Shown here piece after piece: positions 40,701 to 52,534 of a stretch of 64,000 nt of DNA; positions within the stretch are counted from its first letter, which is position 1, and each line of letters begins with the position of its first letter. Location: the NCBI GenBank assembly GCA_030248215.1, contig JASANG010004128.1:434001-498000 (forward strand), given 5' to 3'. This DNA comes from Enoplolaimus lenunculus (lineage: Eukaryota). The translations under genes and the position numbers were made by a program. Under the pieces are notes generated by a model. It saw only the letters and a program-made list of their open reading frames with translations. It was not told where the DNA came from and did no database searches.

Positions 40701-43700
40701 AGATAACAGTTCTTTATAATTTAGTTTACGGTTTACGTCGTATCCAGAGTACGGGATGGAGGGGCTGCCGGTTGCCCGTCAAACCAGGAATTCATCTATG
40801 TTAAGTAAAGACACACTGCCTCACTGAACTTACCTTAAGAATTTAACAACTTTTTTTGGAAAATTTTTTTAGTCATTGCCTTTTAGACGCAATATCTCGT
40901 CTTTCGGTGACGGCCCAATCCAATCCAAATTCATTTTGAAACAACTTATTCAGCGTTCTGAAGCGGCGTTGGGATACTTAGAAGTTAGTGTAGCATGAAT
41001 TATTATACTTTCTCAATTAAACATGACTATAAAAACTTGACGTCATATTTTCAAAAATTTCCAATCGCAAAAAATCAACAGTTGCTTCTGCGCAGTTTTT
41101 CCGGTTTCAGAACAATTATATTTGACAGAACCGTTGCTTATATCTTGTCTTTGCAAGAATTTAGTCTCGTTAACATTTTGTATATTTTACCATGTCAGCG
41201 TTACAATGCGTGAATTATTCAAAATAAAACCAACACTTTCGATCTTTCACTTCCTTCCTTATAGGGTTCCTAGCCTTCTTCATTTATCGCGTTTACAACA
41301 AATAAATTAATGAGTCTGAATTTCTGTAATGTAACAGGTTTTCCATTTAGAAGCACTATGTTAAGCTTGAGACTAAGACATTATTATTTTTAGAGTAGCG
41401 TTTAGATTCATTTTGATGCCTAGTATTTACTGCGCATAAATGATAGATCCACCAAAGGCTTTGTATTATATACCGTTTAAAGAAGTCATTATATAACATA
41501 ACCGTTTGATGAGCATACAGAACTTTGTAACACTGAAACGCGTTTAAATTGTAAGCATTGTGAAAAAGGGTAAAACGAAATAATTAGCATATATTGTGCT
41601 CGTGAGGCTAATGTGAACCAAAAATGCAGTCAGCGCTAAATAAAATTCCGATCATTTGACCGGAATAGTGAGAATGAGTTAAGGCCTCCTAGAACAGTTC
41701 AGGTAAAAAACCTCATAAATATTGTGGTAACGCTTGAAAATCATCGAAACTCCCTGCACGCCCCTCCTGAGAGTTTTCTGTGCCTTTTTAAAACTATATT
41801 TGGGCTCCTTTAACATGGTGAGGTTAACACCTGGCTTGCATGAAGAGAACGAAACATTTGCTTATAGCACCAAGCCATGAATTAGCACTGACATTATTAG
41901 CTTTACCTGGTTGAACAATTGTTGGCGGACGGCAGTTATTCTGGCAATTTATAGAAGTATCGTAATAAAACTTTGCCGGATTTCTACAAGTGTCCATTGA
42001 ATTAATTCCACTACAAAATCCTGATGCTGAGGCACACTCGTAACAGTAAGGGCCAACCACTCCTAGCGTTCCTATAAATTTGAAATTTTTACTATACTTT
42101 TGTCCGAAAATTTGTTCAAAAAAGTAAAAAATGACCAAGTTTGCCAGCATAATGCCTTCTTGTTTAGTGTATTATTGGCTTAGATTGCACTTACAAACAA
42201 TTGTTAGTATATTTTTTGTGATCAAGACAAAAATATCACATATAACGCTTAATAAATGAAATCCATCACCAAAATTGCTAATTACAAAGCGGACGCAAAC
42301 CAATCGTGTATTCACTCACTGAAAACGGCACAATTTCTACAACTTGACGATTAAAAACTGTTTCGCTGCCGGAAATGGATTGCAACGCCAAATATGTTTT
42401 TTGGAACTTACAGTTCATAATGTATATCAAACATTTTTTAAATCAACTCCGATTTTAAAGCGAAATTACCTTGAACGATTAATTAAAACATTTCAATGCT
42501 TGCTAAACCAGGGAGTAACCGGAAATCCGTTTCTAATAAAAGTCAGTGTCGGTTTTTGTTTCCGTCATAGAAATATTGGAATTCCGTTTTTATGCTCAAA
42601 CTTAGTGCAAAATCATGCACAGATCGTGCAATTTTTCATTACAGATATTACGCAATTGTCCGATATGAAATATATAAAGGACTAAATTCGTCCAAGATCT
42701 TAAAAATTTGGTTGTATCCGCTATTTTTTCTATTTTTGCGTGCGTCAAATTTATCGGCAGAAACATAAAACATTTTTGAAACATTTATACTTCAATATAC
42801 GTTTTCCATTTCCGGTATTTTTAATCCGTTAATACACTGCAGGTGAACAATGATGTTAGTGAAATGATACACAACTGTTAGAAATGACGCAATGCTTCAC
42901 TATAAAAATGTAGAATTATTAGTAATTCTAAGTTAAGCAGTATCATATGAAGCCCTTCGCAAAAAATTTGTTGCGGATGCGGTGGGGCTCAAACCAACGA
43001 CGTAATTACTACTGCTCAGTATTGCACAAGATACCGCTGTATACAACTTAAAACTTGGGTAGGTCTTGATTGACAATTTAGACTCATGCAGGTGAGCGAA
43101 ATCCGAAGCTTAACCATTTAAATTAGGTTATTTTTTCGAAAAACGGGCATGCCAAACACCAATCAAACTACTAACCAGGCGAAGGCGCAGGAAAACACGC
43201 CCTTGAACATTCTTCTCCGCTCAAATAATGGTGATCACTCCCAGAGCAGTTCAAAAACGTTACGCATATTTCGCATTTTTGTGTTGTCGTCGAGCAAAAA
43301 TAGTATCTTTCAGCTGAAAATACTTAAAAATTCTTAATGATTTCAGTAGTTCAAACGCGCTGTATGTATCTGCGGTGACTGTGGGTTTAATTTTTAAAGC
43401 AAAAGACAAAAATTAACATTTACAGCGGTGTATACATGAAAAAACAGATGAGGATTTATCCTCTTCCAAAATTTTTGGAGAGGCAGAAAAAGTGATTTAG
43501 TATAACCATCCGGCTCCAAAACAGGTCCAAAAAACCGTCGCTCGCTACGCTCGCTCGGAAAACAAATAAATGCATGAGGGTACCCCCTTTCTAAATCAAA
43601 TCATGGCTACGCCACTTAAAGTCTCACCAGTTGTGTCAGGAATCGGCAACGGACCCCGTGGTGTTGTTCTAACCGCTCCACCATTGATGTCAAACGGTCC

Positions 43701-46116
43701 AAGTAATCCGTTTCCAGTATCGATATCGTCATCTCCTATCCCAGTACAATGCTCTTCTCTTGCAATTTCACTTGTAAATGTGTCAATTTCGTTCGCAATC
43801 GCAGCTCCTATGCCTCCAGCGCCACACAAATCTGTCAAACTGTGGCGAGCGCACACCGAATACTCGGCAATTGCTGCAATATTATCACAAAAACCATCGT
43901 TACCATCTGTTTGATCCAGAATTTTTTGTTGTGCATTTTGTCCGTTTACTCGAAATGCAGCGCCACAAGCGTTGATCATATCATTTTCCGCTGCTTTTTG
44001 GCGACACATTGCGTCTGAAGAAAGAAGTGAATTAATTCGAGTCTGACAGTAATATCGCATCAGTGACAGAAATGATTTTTGTCGCTGATCTTCGTAGCGT
44101 TTACAGTCCGCAGGCTGTGCCGATTGGCACGTCAAGAATGTGTTATATTCAGCACAAAGTTTGGTGACAATGTTTGCCGGCAGCATATAAATTGGATGCG
44201 TTACTAATTTAATTTCACGAACTACATCGGCTTGACCCGCGACTGTTCGTGTAAATTTGGTGTAGCATTCTTTGAAAGCTGCTCGTGAGTCGTCAGAGCA
44301 GCCTTCGTTGCTAAACGGAAACAATGGATTGTCGATGTTTGCCGGTGTTGTGATTGTGCCATGGGGTTGTTCGCGTGAAAGTACGGGTCGCTTACTTATC
44401 TGAACTGTTGAAACTTTTGTCGTAGCTACTGGAGCTTGAGTTGTTTTTGTTGTTGCCGTTTCAGTTACATCAGCGGAAACTGTTTCCGCAGTTGCATTAG
44501 TTTCGTTCAGTGATTTTGCGACAGGTTGAAATTGGCGATTGGCAATTTGGTCATTTTCAACTGCAAGCAACGGGTTGTGGTTGACAGTTTGAAAACTTGA
44601 TGCAAACGCAGTATTTTCAGCGTTAGGGCCAGCTGAGCTGTCCGTAGATTCGGTTCCGATTGGCTGGCAAAATTCACGTATATCTGCAAGCGCATTTAAG
44701 TATTCAGTTAAAAGATTGTTCAGTCCATAGCACGCTAGGTTGACTTTGAATGCAATACAACTAATAAACTGTTCAAGCGGCTCTAGTCGAGCACATGACC
44801 ATTTTGAAGCGATGACGTCATTGAAATCTCGAGACGCATCATCATATTGAGACTCGCACATGGCAATGACGTGATCTGACCGTAAAGCAGACAGACAGTT
44901 AGCGTTTGATTCGAATGCTTCAAAGTTTTCCGGTGTACACATTACTGAATAAAATCGGGATAGCACACGAGCAACGTTCAAGTCGCAAGAATGAGAGCTT
45001 GATTCAGAGCTGAGCTCAAATAAAACTCTCGTAGGGCCAGTATCATGATTAGTTTTTGCCGAGCTAATCTGTTCAAGTAAGGATGTCGCACACAAACGAT
45101 ACTTCGAGTACGCGTTGCAGGTACTGTTAAGACCGAGCAGAGATTCGTGAGAAAAATAAAAGTTTGGCGTGAATGTTGACAGCGGAACGCCGGCGACGTG
45201 CTCAAGACACGCGTTTAGCGATGCTTGTTGTGTGCAGTGTGCACCTATAAAGAAACATTAACTATATTAGTTTACATCTTACCTGCTCTAAGTGTATAAG
45301 TACTAGTGATAGGCATCGGATATTTTTTCATATTCAAATATACAGATACATATGGATATCCGGATATTTCTTTTCGAATGCATATTCGGCTTTTTTCTCT
45401 ATATGGATATCCGGATATCTGGTGCCCACCTATAATAAGCACTAATTACAAACCGTCCGCGCGCGTGCATTAAATATGCAATGCGCATAGTTTATCAGGA
45501 CTTTACGTGTGTGTAGTACAAAATCTGTACAAGATGAGAGAGCCCTGTGGCGCTTGATCGACGAACGATATACTTGAGTAGTGGTGGTAAACACCTCCTA
45601 CTAGGTGTCTGATAAATAGAACATATTTGCGTCAAACGAATTCAATTTTGTATGTTTAAGAAATTTGTCTCTTCTGGAAGAAGTTCTGACACAACTGTGA
45701 GTGAAGTAAAATTCATGCGTCCTCGAAAGTTTTTGGGCCCCTGTGGCCTGTTCATCTGGCTACAGATCAGTGCTAACCGCGTTATTTGTTACATAGTAGT
45801 CAGCATGCTAAAATACGATTATGACTAATAAAAATGTTTGGGGCTTCTTGTTGATGTCTTATATTTGAAAGCTGGTTTATAGGTTTTCTTTTTATGTTCA
45901 CAAAATAATACTGTATGAATATTTTCAAAAATAGTTTGTCTCAGTTTTTCTGCTGGATTAACAATTAAAATATACCCAAGCTTGAAAGATTGTATACTCA
46001 GGTTTTGAAAATAAAATATAAACTGCATTATAAAATTCAACCTTACCAATTAAAGCAGGAACAAAAGCATATGCAAGCAACCCGATAAGTGCAGATACAG
46101 GCTTCATCGCGGTCAT
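25766..46116 (-). CDS. Gene A: secreted cysteine-rich mosaic protein (~1464 aa). Exons 46116-46047, 45244-43628, 42071-41907, 40574-40419, 39487-39308, 37886-37710, 37274-37089, 36550-36359, 35377-35162, 34408-34166, 33139-32873, 32021-31893, 31324-31199, 30498-30328, 29481-29353, 28001-27819, 26035-25892, 25809-25766
   Basis: The signal-peptide exon reads [24 protein letters not shown]. Every internal exon is AG/GT-bounded, phase 1-1, a multiple of 3 in length and stop-free, and exons 3-17 each encode one Cys module. The last exon ([14 protein letters not shown]) is the least certain part. Confidence 0.8.
25892..29481 (-). CDS. Gene A exons 15-17: three copies of a second six-cysteine module (type B)
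   Basis: [33 protein letters not shown] (29481-29353); [33 protein letters not shown] (28001-27819); [33 protein letters not shown] (26035-25892). Cys spacing is identical in all three. Confidence 0.87.
29066..29277. mobile_element. Near-palindromic MITE
   Basis: GTCAAATTGACTCTCTCCGAAACAGGCTCTACGGGAC is mirrored by GTCCCGTAGAGCCTATTTCGGAGACAGCCAATTTGAC; ends ACTG...CAGT. Confidence 0.72.
30328..30498 (-). CDS. Gene A exon 14: TIL domain (missed by the ORF track)
   Basis: [53 protein letters not shown]. Acceptor TTTCAG, donor GTGAGT. Confidence 0.92.
31199..31324 (-). CDS. Gene A exon 13: LDL-receptor class A domain (missed by the ORF track)
   Basis: [42 protein letters not shown]. Acceptor TTTCAG, donor GTAAGT. 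Confidence 0.93.
31893..32021 (-). CDS. Gene A exon 12: type A six-cysteine module
   Basis: [43 protein letters not shown]; 129 nt, phase 1-1. Confidence 0.85.
32524..32813. mobile_element. Degenerate hAT-like MITE
   Basis: CAGTGGCGGATC ... GGATCCGCCACTA termini. Confidence 0.5.
32873..33139 (-). CDS. Gene A exon 11: TIL domain (missed by the ORF track)
   Basis: Manual translation: [56 protein letters not shown]. Acceptor TTTTAG, donor GTAACG. Confidence 0.92.
33385..33680. mobile_element. MITE, TTCACACGTGCAAG family
   Basis: Colinear with 47291-47582; same inverted termini. Confidence 0.78.
34166..34408 (-). CDS. Gene A exon 10: TIL (trypsin-inhibitor-like, Ascaris-type) domain
   Basis: 10-Cys pattern [57 protein letters not shown]. 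Confidence 0.92.
35162..42071 (-). CDS. Gene A exons 3-9: seven tandem copies of a ~40-aa six-cysteine module (type A)
   Basis: [273 protein letters not shown]. Confidence 0.85.
37453..37636. repeat. 39-bp minisatellite, ~4.7 copies, intronic
   Basis: Unit AACTCAAGGTGTTGTTTCTATATAATTGTAATTTTCCTA. Confidence 0.92.
38694..39035. mobile_element. hAT-like MITE (CAGGGTGCAACCGGAG family)
   Basis: CCGGGTACAAGCGGAGG ... CCTCCGGTTGCACCCAG. Confidence 0.7.
40565..40785. repeat. 111-bp tandem duplication overlapping the acceptor of gene A exon 4
   Basis: TCCGGTTTTACTG(T/C)AAGTATT...CCCGTCAAACC at 40565 and 40676. Confidence 0.92.
43628..45244 (-). CDS. Gene A exon 2 (1617 nt): two large Cys-containing, probably helical domains (nematode CPG4/DUF19-like spacing) separated by a Thr/Ala-rich mucin-like linker
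   Basis: Contains nearly all of the 499-aa ORF, which stays open upstream to the acceptor TTATAG|GT. Donor ACTG|GTGAGA. Linker [33 protein letters not shown]. The domain family assignment rests on Cys pattern only. Confidence 0.8.
46047..46116 (-). CDS. Gene A exon 1: signal peptide
   Basis: [24 protein letters not shown], phase-1 donor G|GTAAGG; second in-frame ATG at 46107. Confidence 0.8.
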
Positions 46117-47290
46117 TTAAAAGTTCACCTGATGTCGTTCGACAATTTGAACTGCAAACTCAACGCACCTGGCAATTTTGTTAAATTAATATCTTTCTGA
46201 TTTACATCAGCCCTATTATTTAATCGCCTATTAACATCGATGCTATATTAAATTTTCTAAAACATTATATTAAGCTAAAATTAAACAAAACACGCATATT
46301 CAAATACAGTTATTGTAATTTATTCGTGTTTAGCGCAGTAACGATTACGTGTTCCTGTAAAAAAAATGCACGTCGAACGTGACCACAACCTTCTTCCTTG
46401 AGTTTATGATTAATTTATTAAACTCGACGGTCGTGGCATGCCAAGAAATTTCGTTTGACTGGAGCAGCCCGGAAACAAACCGGTAAAATATTGGTTCTTA
46501 AAATATAATTGACAAAACGTGAACCATGTTTAAGACAGTAGCTTCTTCGCCTGACAGCAATGAATACAGATCAAGGGGCGGTGCCGCCTCTTGCTATTAT
46601 TATTGGCTTAAATACTTCGTATAATCTCTGTGATTGGCAATCATGCACTCTCTTTGACGCATGCTTACTATTAATATTGGTACAAACATTTGTTTCTGAA
46701 AGTTTACAAAAAAATTGACGTAAACGCGAAAAAAAAACATTTATGATGTCATTACAGAACTGATAGTATTGTAATTTCATAAAAATGTTGTCTTGTGAAA
46801 AGCTTACAGTTAATTCAACAAAAAACATTCGTTTCCGATCGTATCTCGTTGTAGAATTTTTTACAATTAATGTTAATAAATTCGACGACGGGTCAAACAA
46901 TTTTCTGCAAAAAATATATTCGTTATAAGATTTGGAACGAGATATCGAACAGTAAATTGTCGATATATCGTATAAGACATTCAAGAAGTTTAATTAAACC
47001 TGAAATATTAGCGGAAAGTGTTACTAATATAAGACCCGCCATTGCGCAACGCTGATTTTAAATATTCAAATGCAAGAAGTGCCATGATAAGTGTCAGCTT
47101 CCAAGTTCCAATTCTGCATTTTTCATATTATTTTTAATTCATTTTACGAAAAATATTGAATATTAGACGGATAATTTAATTGCTCAAATAACCTAACACA
47201 ATTCTTATTCTTGTTGATATTACTTTAACGATATGTTGCGTGATAATTGCTGAAAATGACACCTTTTTAAAGTATTCAACATACTATATA

Positions 47291-47582
47291 CCTATTCACA
47301 CGTGCAAGTTTTTGCAGCAAATACATGCACGTTCAACTTGCACGCGCAAGTCTGGTCACAAAGCAGCTTTAAATTTCTTGCAGCTGCAAATTATTCACTG
47401 GAATTCATGTTGTTAAATTTAATTCGCACCTGTGAACACAGAATCAAGTCGCTTGAATTTCTTGCACCTACAGTTTGATTGGTCAACAGGAATGTTCATT
47501 CGAAAATACTCTCAGCTGCTAGTATTTCGTGCAAGTTGCAGCTGCGAGTTCTCGCTGCAGAAACTTGCACGTGTGAATGGGG
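47291..47582. mobile_element. MITE, TTCACACGTGCAAG family
   Basis: TIR CCTATTCACACGTGCAAGTTT ... AAACTTGCACGTGTGAATGGGG; further copies at 23497-23775, 33385-33680 and 58731-59190. Confidence 0.8.
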
Positions 47583-50500
47583 CTTCCTTGAAGATGCGCT
47601 TTGCATCCAAAAAACTGCAGTCGTGCAGTCAACATTTCTCAATATATTTATACGTATCTTGTTTATTGCATCGCAAGTCACTTCCCGCAAAATAGACAAT
47701 TTAGTTCGAATTCTTTTTCTGCGCATTTGATTTCATTCAAATTATTGCGCAAAACGCCGCCACGCAACACATACTGTGCACTGTTTTCCGCCCCCCCTCC
47801 TTCTATTCGTTCAAGTATGCTGCAGTATTTAACTTGCTCAACACAAGTTGCTATACGGGACTTAAAGTTAAGTATGCGAATTTAATTGTGCCACTTTTGT
47901 GTATTTCGCAAAAGTTTGCACAGATATGTGTATAATTTCAAAATGAAATGCAGCTTTTAAATAATTATTAACAGCATATTTGCGTTGTTTACAGTTTTGT
48001 TCGATTCAACAAGCGGACGTCAATACGACACAGTAAAGACATTTGCATCAACATTTTTTCTCTTACCCTTTCTGTATTGTAATAGGGTTTTGCTCAATTC
48101 AACGTAATTCCGAAGCTACGAAACCTTCGTGTGATTTCAGTCACCTGTTGGGATCGATTTTTCTACTCAGATTTATAACGTCTGCTCGCAATTTGCTCAC
48201 GTTAAGTGATTAATCACTACACTGGGGATTCGGTCTTTAATAATTATATTTTACTCTGAGATTCTGAAATATTACAATAACGAAAAACTTGTAGAGGAAA
48301 AATTAACGTTCCCAGTAATGGACCTTGCGCCTAAAATTTTAACTTTTCCTACCGCTAAAATCAATGTTAACGTAAGGGTAATAAGTTATATTGAAAAACA
48401 ACTCCTTGGCTACAACTTCGATGGGCAGATCTAAGAATAACATTCGCAGTAGTCAAATTTGTAATCATACCTAATTGTGCAACCATGATTAACGTAGGAT
48501 ATAATAATTGAGCAGTTTTGTTAGAATCGCTTTCTGTATGAAATAAACTACAAAATAACGCCTTAAATCAAAGTTCCTTTTGCTCTGTAAAGTTAATATT
48601 TTCTAAATATATGTCAGGTAACCTAGAGTGCAGTGGCGTATCCGGCGGGGTCTGGTGGGAGACTACGCCAAACGTAGTTGTAGTACTATAAAATATCACT
48701 ACAAAATTTTCGTTCTGATTCCTATTGGTGGACCTAGGTTTAGGTGGCTCCCATTTTGGCTCTGCCAATGCTATAATGGGTATCGAATAATTCTAAGAGT
48801 GCAACATAAAACAAAAAATGTTCTCGCAACTGTTAAAATGAAATTTTCAAATGAATGCGTAATTTTTAAATAACCTTTTATCAATATTTTACAACTTTAT
48901 AAAAGGCATTTATTCTTAACTGTTCATGCACTAATTAGTTACATGCAATCAAATCATTCTGTAAGCCTGACAAAAACTAAGAAAGTTTTAATATCGGAAA
49001 AAGAAAACTTGTAGGAGTTTTCGCAATTATTGAAATAGTAACAAAAACAGATGCAAAACGTGAAGATTCATGTCTGCTGCCCTTGAACGCGGTTAAACTA
49101 GACAAAAAGTGCGCCTGCTGTAAAACTCACGTTGTTTGACGAATAAGAAAAGTGCGAATTTTCCAATAGTTGCAATATGCAAACGGTTGCGTTCATAGTG
49201 CAGAATTGAAATTAACAGTATTTTATGGTGGTAATTATTTAATTAGATATATTTGCGCAAATAACGTCCAAGAAGCATTTTCCTCTAACAACTGACATGA
49301 TTAAAATTATATTATTTTGATAAAAAATAATTGAATAAATATAAAAAATACTACATTTTCAACACTTCGTCCAATTTCCGTTCTGACCATTGTGGGACAT
49401 TGGAATTTAGATACAGCGAAACTTATGCTTTGGCTTTAATTTAAATTTAGGTCTAAGATTAGGCTTAAGTTTAGTCTTAATCATGGACTTAGACTCTGGT
49501 TTACGCTTATGCCATGCAGGCAGGTTCGTATAATTTACAAGGCCAGTAAACGGCAAGCGTCAGTAGTGTGCAACTGCAAATTTGAAATTTCCCATTGAAG
49601 TTGAAATGAAACCATCAAATACTAATATGCAGTGTTCAAAAGGAAGTTTGCCTCGCTCTTCGGCTCCGACAAAAACATACTTTCAGCTGCGGGAAAATAT
49701 TTTTTAGGGTTTCTGAGGAATCTGGAGCGAAGTTTGCTGGATTTGTAGAAAAGTTGTACCAATCAGCGAGTATGAACAACTTTTAACTACACGTTGATGA
49801 TCACTGTTAAAATTTAATAGGTCAGCGTTATTTTGCTCGGTAACTTTGCTTCCCCTCTGGCTTCACCATTTTCACATCGAGATGCACTTGGAGCCGCAAA
49901 TATGAACAGCACAATATTTGACATTCTGAGCTACTTCATATAGAAAACTGATTGATTTTGTGACGTCGCTTTGTTGCAAAGTTTGACACCCTCAAAATCT
50001 TGTAGTATAAATATTGTTCATTATATATTTCAATTCATTTTCCATATTCACAACAGTCCAGATCAAACGAAATCGATTTACTTCACATCTCGGACAGGGT
50101 AGAAAAAGTGAACAACAAAATTCTTTAAACATGAAAACGGATCAACTGCGCTGGACGGCCACAAAAAAATCTTTCAAATCTGCCGTAACTTATACAACGC
50201 AAATCGTAATGAATAAAGGTATTTCTCTATAAAAGTTTTCGTTATAAAATATATTCTTCTCCACTGATCAATTTGCATTTCGCTCGAAAAATATAATCGA
50301 TATGAGACGGTTTTGACAAACTGAAAAAGGTCAAAAATTGCGCGTTAAAAATTAACAATTTTACATCAAGTTTACAAATCAAAGAATATTTCGAATAAAA
50401 CTGTTGAACAAAATATGAGTTAAAACATAATTTGAAAAAGCCACAGCGTTTACTAAATAACCATGCTTCTGTAGAAAATCGTTTTAGTTTGTAAACAATG

Positions 50501-51335
50501 AAATATTTATTGTCACGATCGTAGTTATCCCTTCATGTACGAGTCCCAAAAAATTTCCAATGGGACTGGCTCGAAGTTCGCAGCATTTTAAACAGCGAAA
50601 AAATATGTGAAGTTTAGGTTAAATATTTTGTCCAGAGAGGGGTAAAGTATTCCATCCTTATTGCTGACTATAAGTATAGATATTGTAGGCTTAAATATGA
50701 GCATGACACTGTGCAAAAATCGATATAAATCATACTGCAACGATTCTGATTTGGATATTTTCAAGATTTACTACATACCCAATACAGGCAGATACAATCA
50801 CCGTAGACAACGTATTACCTTTATCAGAAAAGCCAGTTTTTTGTGGACGATAAAGTTAAAAAAATAGATTCTAAAAGTTGACTGTAAAAATTGCAGCAGT
50901 TAAAAATTCATGCGCTACTACTAGTTATCTGTGGCTTGCGCTTTACCTGTCAGAAAATTTGAGCGTTCTCCTGGTATCTATTGAAAATATTCTTCATTGA
51001 ACACCTGAATTTTATTTTAAAATACTTGGAAAAGCGAAAATAGACATACACAATTACATTTGTGTTATTCATGAATTATAACAATACCGAAATAAACACT
51101 TGGTCAGTGTATTCAGTTCACAAACACAAACAGCATCTAATGTATACGCAGTCACTGTACTTTACTAAAACGCATGAAAATTGAAAACCTAGGCTGAATT
51201 TTTAAAGCCAAAAATTTTGAATCAACAAAACTTCGAACGCTCAGATGAAAACTGTTTTGGAAAATTATAACTCAAAACTGGTTTAAGAGCTTCACAGACG
51301 AAAGCTAAGCTTTATCATCGTTATACAGCACAAAG

Positions 51336-51421
51336 TATATATACATATATATACAGATATAATATATATATAAGATATATATATACATATATATACAGAT
51401 ATAATATATATATATAATATA
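51336..51421. repeat. (TA)n-derived compound microsatellite
   Basis: TATATATACATATATATACAGATATAATATATATA occurs twice. Confidence 0.85.
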
Positions 51422-52534
51422 CAATGTTTTGCATTTTCCATGTGTGATATTCTATACAGCTGCGAACTCTTTTGCTATTACCAGCTGAATTTTAGGCTTT
51501 ATAACGTTGCATACATGGCTGTTTCTAAAAACAAAAGCTATATATACAAAATTTGATCTGCTTTGCAGATGTATGTTATTGCGTTATGTTGTTATGCTTT
51601 TTCTCATGCCTCTTTTTGAACGTCAAATTTTCGAGGTCAAGCACGAACTGTTTTAAACTCATGAAAACTATCGAAGAGTGTAAAATTACTGCTACAACTT
51701 TTTCGTTGTTCAAGTAGAAGTACGCTGCCAGAGGGAGCACTCGCTTATACAAGACCGCTTCGTCTCTATTACTGAAAAATTATTTAGACCGTGTTAAAAC
51801 AATTCTGTGCTAGGTAATTCTCCCTTGACCCCTCTGTAATCTTCTGACCACTTCGGCTAATAATTCTTTTGTTTGGGGGTATTATATCCTAAGTAAAGTC
51901 ATATATAAGTACAAATTTTGTACATCGATTTGCGATTTATTCGCAGCGGTAATTATTAACTGAATAATATATAACGCGACCAAAACATTATATCTGTCTT
52001 GCCTTATTTGATTATTCGTACCTACATATTGATCGCCGTTTCGTACTACAGAATCATTGAAACACGGTAGTGTTTTCAATATATGTTTCAAGCCTCGAGA
52101 ATACACGATTTTTGAAAGTTTTACAGAATGTTCTCTAGAGGAAAGCAAAGCTGCAATGAGGTAACTTACATATAGAATATACTAATTAGCCACTTCGACA
52201 CCATACACAATTTTGCCGGCTAAACGTCTCGTTTAAGCTGTTATTTAACGTTTGATTTTTGTTAGTTTTACAAAAAACTTGTATTAGAAATATTTATTAC
52301 CATAGCTAGTCGAAATTAATTTTGGATGCTAGGATTGTGGGATGCTAGTGACACCGTGCAATAGATTACGTGTCACTTTGTAGTCTGTTGTACTGAAATT
52401 GCTACTAAGCTGCTTTTTGGGGGATTACAATGGAGCACGTGTACGCTTTATACTAATATTTTGTTTAGGCTTAGGCGTACGCTTAGGAGTAGACTTAGCA
52501 TAAAATCTCACCGTATCCCATGTAAAAGAAAGAA

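Noticed and set aside
43570..44018. Plus-strand ORFs of 65-114 aa
   Set aside because: Antisense shadows of the large gene A exon.
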